Origin: an uncultured Eubacteriales bacterium
GTDB lineage: Bacteria; Bacillota; Clostridia; Oscillospirales; QAKW01
Direction: 5' to 3'
Assembly (NCBI GenBank): GCA_902492505.1
Contig: CABULU010000002.1
Span: forward strand, 18,908-82,907
Length of the DNA stretch: 64,000 nucleotides
Below, piece after piece: positions 58,699 through 64,000 of the stretch (positions are counted from its first letter, which is position 1; each line of letters begins with the position of its first letter). The notes under the pieces are model-generated. The model saw only the letters and a program-made list of their open reading frames with translations. It ran no database searches and had not been told where the DNA came from. The position numbers were made by a program, and so were the translations under genes.

Positions 58699-60381
58699 TT
58701 ATTTTGCGCTTTTTATCAGTTCATCAGCTGTTTTCAAAAGCTGATCAGTTATATCAATGCCGCCCATAATTCGCGCAATTTCTGCCCGCCTCTCGTCTTC
58801 AGACAAAAGCTGTATATCAGAACGCGTATTTAATCCTTCTGTTTTTTTTTGGACTCTGTAATGATGGTCAGCCATAGCCGCAATCTGTGCAAGGTGCGTT
58901 ATACAAAACACTTGCTTGTCTTTGGAAAAGTTCTTCAGCTTATATCCTATTTTCTGTGCGGTGCTTCCCGAAACACCACTGTCGATTTCATCATATATAA
59001 CAGTTGAGCAATCTGTCTTTGCATTGTTCAGCGTACTTTTAAGACACAGCATTATACGCGAAAGCTCTCCGCCGGATGCAATTTTTGAAATAGGTCGAGG
59101 CTTTAGACCAGTATTTGCCGATATTAAAAATTCGACTCTGTCATATCCGTTGACGCTATATTTATTGCCGCCGCGCATATTTTTACTGCGTGTTATGCTC
59201 ACTTCAAACTTAACGTTTGGCATATCCAGCTCTTTAAGCTGCGCACAAATATTCTCGGAAAGTTTATTTGCACCGCTTGAGCGCAGTTGTGACAATGTTT
59301 GAGCGCACTCCTCCAGTTCCGAAAGTGATTTTTTATATTCCGAAGCCGCTCTTTCAAGTTCAAACTCATTATCGGCAAGTGAATCGAGTTCAGCTTTATA
59401 CTGCTTCAGCATGTGAGCGGCGTTTTCCTCGCTAAAATACTTTCTTATTATATTCTCAATGGTGTACAACCTGCTTTCAATATATTCAGGCGAATATTCA
59501 CTTTCCTCATGATCTAAAACAAGCTCGCCGACAGCAAACGCGGCTTCTTCGATTTGCGCTTTAACATTTTTCAAAATATCAAGGGACTTTGAGACAGACG
59601 GAAAAATGTCCAGTATCTTTTCCAACTCTGCAACAGCAGATGATACTCCATTCAATACACAATTTTCATCCTGAGCTAAAACATTATCGGTTAAATACAG
59701 CGCTTTTGAAATAACAGCGCTGTTTTGAGCTGATGTCCGAGCACTTTTTAATTTTTCATACTCACCGATATTTATATTTGCATTTTCAAGCTCGCCTATT
59801 TTAAATTTAAGTGCTGATTCAAGCTCATCCTTTTGATTTTTAATTTCAGTTAAACTATCAAGTTTATTCCTCAGCTTTTTGACAGATTCATACTTCTTGC
59901 GATAATTCTCAAGCTGCTGTTCGATACCGCAATATTCGTCAAGATAAACTATATGGCTTTGCGGCTCAAGAATTTTTGAACCGTCATGCTGACCGTGAAT
60001 ACTTACAAGCAGTAAAGCAACCTCTTTAAGCGCTGTTACCGAAACGGCGGCATCGTTAATTTTCGCAATGTTTCTTCCGTCGCCGGATATTCTTCGGAAT
60101 ATTATTACGTTGCCGTCCTCATCGGGAGTTATTCCGAGATTAGCAAGCCCCTCCTTTTGACCGTCGGTAAAATCAGTAAAAACAGCACTTACAACTGCTG
60201 CCGTTCCGTAAGGTCCTATAAGTTCCTTAGAGCTTTTAACGCCTGTGAGCAAAGCGATAGAATCAATAATTATGCTTTTACCGGCTCCGGTTTCACCCGT
60301 TAGCACATTAAATCCGTTATAAAAGTCTATATCGCTCTTGTCTATTATTGCAATATTTTCAATATGCAGACTTAAAAGCAT
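58699..60381 (-). CDS. recN: DNA repair protein RecN
   Basis: 560 aa. Walker A 'GETGAGKSI', coiled coil, signature 'SGGELSRIMLCLK', 'VIYDEIDSG'. Confidence 0.95.
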   Translation of the reverse strand: MLLSLHIENIAIIDKSDIDFYNGFNVLTGETGAGKSIIIDSIALLTGVKSSKELIGPYGTAAVVSAVFTDFTDGQKEGLANLGITPDEDGNVIIFRRISGDGRNIAKINDAAVSVTALKEVALLLVSIHGQHDGSKILEPQSHIVYLDEYCGIEQQLENYRKKYESVKKLRNKLDSLTEIKNQKDELESALKFKIGELENANINIGEYEKLKSARTSAQNSAVISKALYLTDNVLAQDENCVLNGVSSAVAELEKILDIFPSVSKSLDILKNVKAQIEEAAFAVGELVLDHEESEYSPEYIESRLYTIENIIRKYFSEENAAHMLKQYKAELDSLADNEFELERAASEYKKSLSELEECAQTLSQLRSSGANKLSENICAQLKELDMPNVKFEVSITRSKNMRGGNKYSVNGYDRVEFLISANTGLKPRPISKIASGGELSRIMLCLKSTLNNAKTDCSTVIYDEIDSGVSGSTAQKIGYKLKNFSKDKQVFCITHLAQIAAMADHHYRVQKKTEGLNTRSDIQLLSEDERRAEIARIMGGIDITDQLLKTADELIKSAK

Positions 60382-60411
60382 TACAACCTTCCTTTTCTTT
60401 TCAGATAAAAA

Positions 60412-60849
60412 CTATTTTATACGTGTTACAAGAATTTCCCTTATATTTTCAGCTGTTATATTGTCCGATGAAGCGATGAATATGGTATCATCACCTGCAA
60501 GAGTACCGACAAGCCCACAAAGCTCAAGACTGTCGATATACACACAGATGGCGTTTGCCATACCCGCAGCACATTTAATTATGACTAAATTCTGAGCCGT
60601 TTTGACAGACAAAACGGAGTTTTTTAAAATTAAACTGTGCTCGCCCGTTTCCGTTTCTTTTTTCAGAACATACTTATTAACTCCATCTTCAAACGATTTG
60701 ATTAGACCCAGCTTTTTAATGTCCCTTGATACGGTGGCCTGCGTGACATTATAACCGTCTTTATTAAGAATATCAACAAGCATATCCTGAGTTGTAATAT
60801 CAAATTCCAATACAAGTTCTTTTATGCGTGTCAGTCTTTCTTTTTTCAT
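60412..60849 (-). CDS. argR: Arginine repressor ArgR/AhrC
   Basis: 145 aa. Winged helix 'VTQATVSRDIKKLGLIK', 'GTLAGDDTIFI'. Confidence 0.9.
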   Translation of the reverse strand: MKKERLTRIKELVLEFDITTQDMLVDILNKDGYNVTQATVSRDIKKLGLIKSFEDGVNKYVLKKETETGEHSLILKNSVLSVKTAQNLVIIKCAAGMANAICVYIDSLELCGLVGTLAGDDTIFIASSDNITAENIREILVTRIK

Positions 60850-61712
60850 TTTCGTTTACCTCTGGATCTGAATTTATTTTTAAGTACCGTGTAAAAATCA
60901 CAGTCGGACAGCTGAACAAGCCGCAGATATTTATTGTTTTTATGTATAACAACACGGTCGCTGTTCTGAATAAAAAATACATGTCTGCCGTCAACACTTA
61001 TAAGTGAATTATTATTTTTTGATGAACTGACTTTACATTCCAGTTTTTTGTCTGCATTGAAAACGAGTGAGTGAGAAGACAGTGTGTGAGGAGAAATCGC
61101 CGAGACAAGAATAGCTTCCATTGTAGGATCCATTATCGGGCCTCCGACACTTAATGAGTACGCAGACGATCCTGTTGGCGTAGAAAAAATCAGTCCGTCG
61201 CAAAAATAGTCGGCAATTATGCCGCTTTCACCGTACAAATCGATACTGACGGGTTTTAAAACGGCACTTCTTGTAACAACAACATCGTTAAGCGCGCTGT
61301 ATTCATATATTTTTTTATTATTACGAATTACAGAGGCACTCAGCATCATTCGTTTTTGAAAGGAAAGATTATTTTTTAATATTTCCGGTATTCTGTCTAT
61401 TTCAGTTCTGTCTATCTGTGCCAAATACCCGAGAGTTCCGAGATTTACTCCCAAAAGCGCTACATCATATCTCACTGCCAAATCGGCAACATTCAAAAAA
61501 GTCCCATCGCCGCCAAGCGCTATGACCATCGAACACTTTTTAAACATATCCTCAAGCGTTGTTTTCACATAATCACTTTCCGGAAAAATGCTGCTATATT
61601 CGCTTGATACAAACGGACAGAAGCCGCTGTCCTTTATAATTCTTGCGACGTACCTGAAATTTTTGAATTTTGGATCCTTCTTATTGTTTACTATAATACC
61701 GATATTTTTCAT
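60846..61712 (-). CDS. nadK: NAD kinase
   Basis: Start refined to the ATG (MKNIGIIVN), an ATGA overlap with the tlyA stop. 'GGDGTFL', 'NLGTLGYL'. Confidence 0.9.
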   Translation of the reverse strand: MKNIGIIVNNKKDPKFKNFRYVARIIKDSGFCPFVSSEYSSIFPESDYVKTTLEDMFKKCSMVIALGGDGTFLNVADLAVRYDVALLGVNLGTLGYLAQIDRTEIDRIPEILKNNLSFQKRMMLSASVIRNNKKIYEYSALNDVVVTRSAVLKPVSIDLYGESGIIADYFCDGLIFSTPTGSSAYSLSVGGPIMDPTMEAILVSAISPHTLSSHSLVFNADKKLECKVSSSKNNNSLISVDGRHVFFIQNSDRVVIHKNNKYLRLVQLSDCDFYTVLKNKFRSRGKRK

Positions 61713-62491
61713 TTTACCTCTTGTATTCTTTTTTCTATGAACTTGTTGGAAATGCTGCTGCAACCGGAGATTTTTTTCATATACAGAAGATACTCCATAT
61801 TGCCGCTTTCACCTGCAAGCTCTGAAAAGCAGATATCCTTTACATATAATCCGAGCAAACGTGCAAAATCAGCTATATCGCACACGGCCTTGACATGCAA
61901 TTTTTTGTTCTTTACCACACCGTTTTTGCCAATGTAGTCAGGTCCTACCTCAAATTGTGGCTTTACAAGACATATAAGCTCGCCGCCAAAACGCAGAATT
62001 TCAAACGCCGCCGGAAGAATACAGCGCAAAGATATGAATGAAAGGTCACATGTAACAACATCTATTTCCTCGGAAAACATAGACTTTTCCAGATACCTTG
62101 CATTTGTATTTTCCATGCTGACAATACGCTTGTCTGTTTTCAGCGTATGATGTAGCTGATTTGTCCCTATGTCTACGGCATATATTTTTGCTGCTCCGTT
62201 TTCCAGCATAACCTGACAAAATCCGCCGGTTGACGCGCCGAGATCAACCACAGTTTTTCCGATAAAATCAACATTAAAATTTTTTATTGCCGTTAACAGT
62301 TTTTTAGCGGAACGCGCTACATACTGCTTTTCAGCAATGTGCACTGTTACCGAATCGTCATTTCCAACGATAAACGCCGGCTTTGTAATACAAACGCCGT
62401 TTACATAAATATTGCCGGAGCAAATCAGAGCAGCCGATTTATTTCTGCTTTCACAGTACTTTTCTTTTACAAGATAAACATCAAGACGCAT
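61709..62491 (-). CDS. tlyA: TlyA-family rRNA 2'-O-methyltransferase
   Basis: 260 aa. S4 'RLDVYLV', FtsJ motif 'DLGASTGGF'. Confidence 0.88.
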   Translation of the reverse strand: MRLDVYLVKEKYCESRNKSAALICSGNIYVNGVCITKPAFIVGNDDSVTVHIAEKQYVARSAKKLLTAIKNFNVDFIGKTVVDLGASTGGFCQVMLENGAAKIYAVDIGTNQLHHTLKTDKRIVSMENTNARYLEKSMFSEEIDVVTCDLSFISLRCILPAAFEILRFGGELICLVKPQFEVGPDYIGKNGVVKNKKLHVKAVCDIADFARLLGLYVKDICFSELAGESGNMEYLLYMKKISGCSSISNKFIEKRIQEVK

Positions 62492-62492
62492 T

Positions 62493-64000
62493 TTAATGCT
62501 CCGTAATTTTTGAAATAAAACATTTGAGAGAATCGCTGTCCAATCCGCAGTCCGCTTTTACTGATTTTGGCGGAGCATGTTTTATAAACCGATTTTTAAT
62601 AGAAATATTATAAAAGTTACCTTTAAAACCGCAGTTGTTAAGCTCGGCCTGTAACAGCATACCTACGCCGCCTATATAATAACATTCCTCTGCAAAAATT
62701 ATGTTTTTATAATTTGACAGTTTTAATAAAAGGCTTTTTTCAAAAAAATTTATGACATTTAGCTTTATTATATCTACCTTTTTACCGGAAGCTGCTATCA
62801 ATACGTCCGTAATTTCACGCCCGTATGAAACTACGACCGTTTCATAACCGTTTGCAATTATATCCCAGTCTTCCCGAGCTTTTTTAAACGGCAGCTCTGT
62901 ATATTCAATGCAATTTCCGCGCGGATATCTTATTACACAGGATTTAGTTTCTATATTAACTGCCCTTTCAAGCATAACGGAAAGCTCAGTACCGGTAGAC
63001 GGCGAGAAAATCACAATATTCGGTATCGGCAGCAGCATCGGTATATCAAACAATCCCTGATGTGTTTCTCCGTCATCACCTACAATTCCTGCCCTGTCTA
63101 CTGCAAAAATAACTTTTAAGTTCTGAAGTGACACATCATGTATTATTTGGTCGTACGATCTTTGCAGAAACGTAGAATACACTGCAAAAACAGGTAAATA
63201 ACCGTTTTTGGCAAGACCGCCCGCAAACGTGACGGCATGCTGTTCGGCGATTCCGACGTCAAAATACCGTTTAGGAAACTTTGACTTAAAGCAGGAAAGC
63301 CCGCAGCTCGGACCCATAGCCGCTGTTATAGCACATATTTTATTATTTTTCTCGGCAAGAGATACAAGAGCCTTTCCGAAAGCGTCGGTAAACGACAGTT
63401 GAACGCTTTGGCTCGTATTTCCGGTGCCTATATCAAATTCACCGACACCGTGAAATTCGCGCGGTTTGCTTTCTGCAAATGTATAGCCCTTTCCCTTTTT
63501 AGTATTTACATGAACAAGCACCGGACGTTTCAAGGATTTTGCGCGGGAAAGAACACGCGTTAAAAGGTCAATATTATGCCCGTCGATAGGGCCTATATAT
63601 TTAAATCCCATGCTTTCAAAAATATTTGACGAATAAAAATAAGATTTGATTGCAGACTTTAAACGATTAAGTCGTCGATAAACTGGCTTTCCTATATACG
63701 GAATTTTTACAAGCGCGCTGCCGAGCGCATCTTTAAACCGAAAATATCCGCTTTTGCTTCGCAGCCGCGTCAGCGTCTTTGAAATAGCACCGACATTTTT
63801 TGAAATGCTCATTTTATTATCATTCAGGATGACGACAAGGTTTTTTTCCGAGCTTCCTGCATTGTTAAGCCCCTCGTACGCAAGTCCTCCTGTCATTGAG
63901 CCGTCACCGATTACAGCGACGACAGAAGAATTGTCATCACCTGACAGACTTTTTGCATAAACAAGGCCGAGCGCAGATGAAATGGATGTAGAGCTATGGC
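62493..64000 (-). CDS. dxs: 1-deoxy-D-xylulose-5-phosphate synthase (5' end beyond the window)
   Basis: The frame stays open to nt 64000 ('HSSTSISSALGLVYAK..VAVIGDGSMTGGLAYEGLNNAG'). 'DVGIAEQHAVTFAGGLA'. The ORF-track start at 63896 is an internal Met. Confidence 0.93.
   Translation of the reverse strand, partial: HSSTSISSALGLVYAKSLSGDDNSSVVAVIGDGSMTGGLAYEGLNNAGSSEKNLVVILNDNKMSISKNVGAISKTLTRLRSKSGYFRFKDALGSALVKIPYIGKPVYRRLNRLKSAIKSYFYSSNIFESMGFKYIGPIDGHNIDLLTRVLSRAKSLKRPVLVHVNTKKGKGYTFAESKPREFHGVGEFDIGTGNTSQSVQLSFTDAFGKALVSLAEKNNKICAITAAMGPSCGLSCFKSKFPKRYFDVGIAEQHAVTFAGGLAKNGYLPVFAVYSTFLQRSYDQIIHDVSLQNLKVIFAVDRAGIVGDDGETHQGLFDIPMLLPIPNIVIFSPSTGTELSVMLERAVNIETKSCVIRYPRGNCIEYTELPFKKAREDWDIIANGYETVVVSYGREITDVLIAASGKKVDIIKLNVINFFEKSLLLKLSNYKNIIFAEECYYIGGVGMLLQAELNNCGFKGNFYNISIKNRFIKHAPPKSVKADCGLDSDSLKCFISKITEH

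Overview
This 64-kb window comes from a low-GC Firmicute with Clostridia-type gene order and sporulation genes (spoIIM-like, sigK, CwlD-like amidase, ytvI-like). All protein calls rest on motifs and synteny recalled from memory; no database search was run. The window is almost entirely core genome. The left 32 kb is one unbroken block of + strand genes: an SLH surface protein, miaB-ricA-mutS-mutL-miaA, ylmE-sepF-yggT-ylmH-divIVA, lspA-rluD, pyrH-frr-uppS-cdsA-dxr-rseP-ispG-polC, murB-rapZ-whiA, dnaE, pfkA and tRNA-Leu. The right 22 kb is almost all - strand: a tyrosine recombinase, sigK, pheB-like-hom-lysC, radA, hslO, tRNA-Asp/Phe/Cys, rplU-prp-rpmA-obg, recN-argR-nadK-tlyA-dxs. Between them lies a mixed zone with dapB-dapA-asd, queA-tgt-yajC and spoIIM-xerD. 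This convergent layout, which joins blocks that sit on opposite replichores in B. subtilis, suggests the window spans the replication terminus. I see no clear novel multi-gene system. The most unusual signal is a same-orientation array of five XerD-arm-like half-sites (TTATGTAAAY), including a perfect 20-bp tandem duplication, just upstream of spoIIM-xerD. No canonical 28-bp dif site is visible there. Three genes (polC, xerD and a NusG_II-domain gene) each carry a +1 frameshift that is repaired by deleting one A from a short A-run, which most likely reflects a sequencing or assembly error. Other points: a clear THF riboswitch with a consensus promoter and an SD-sequestering hairpin upstream of an ECF S-component gene; a low-GC P-loop gene next to a 13-bp perfect inverted repeat and the recombinase; an intrinsic terminator inside the tRNA cluster; rapZ-whiA without yvcK; and a GME-fold-like orphan gene coupled to radA.
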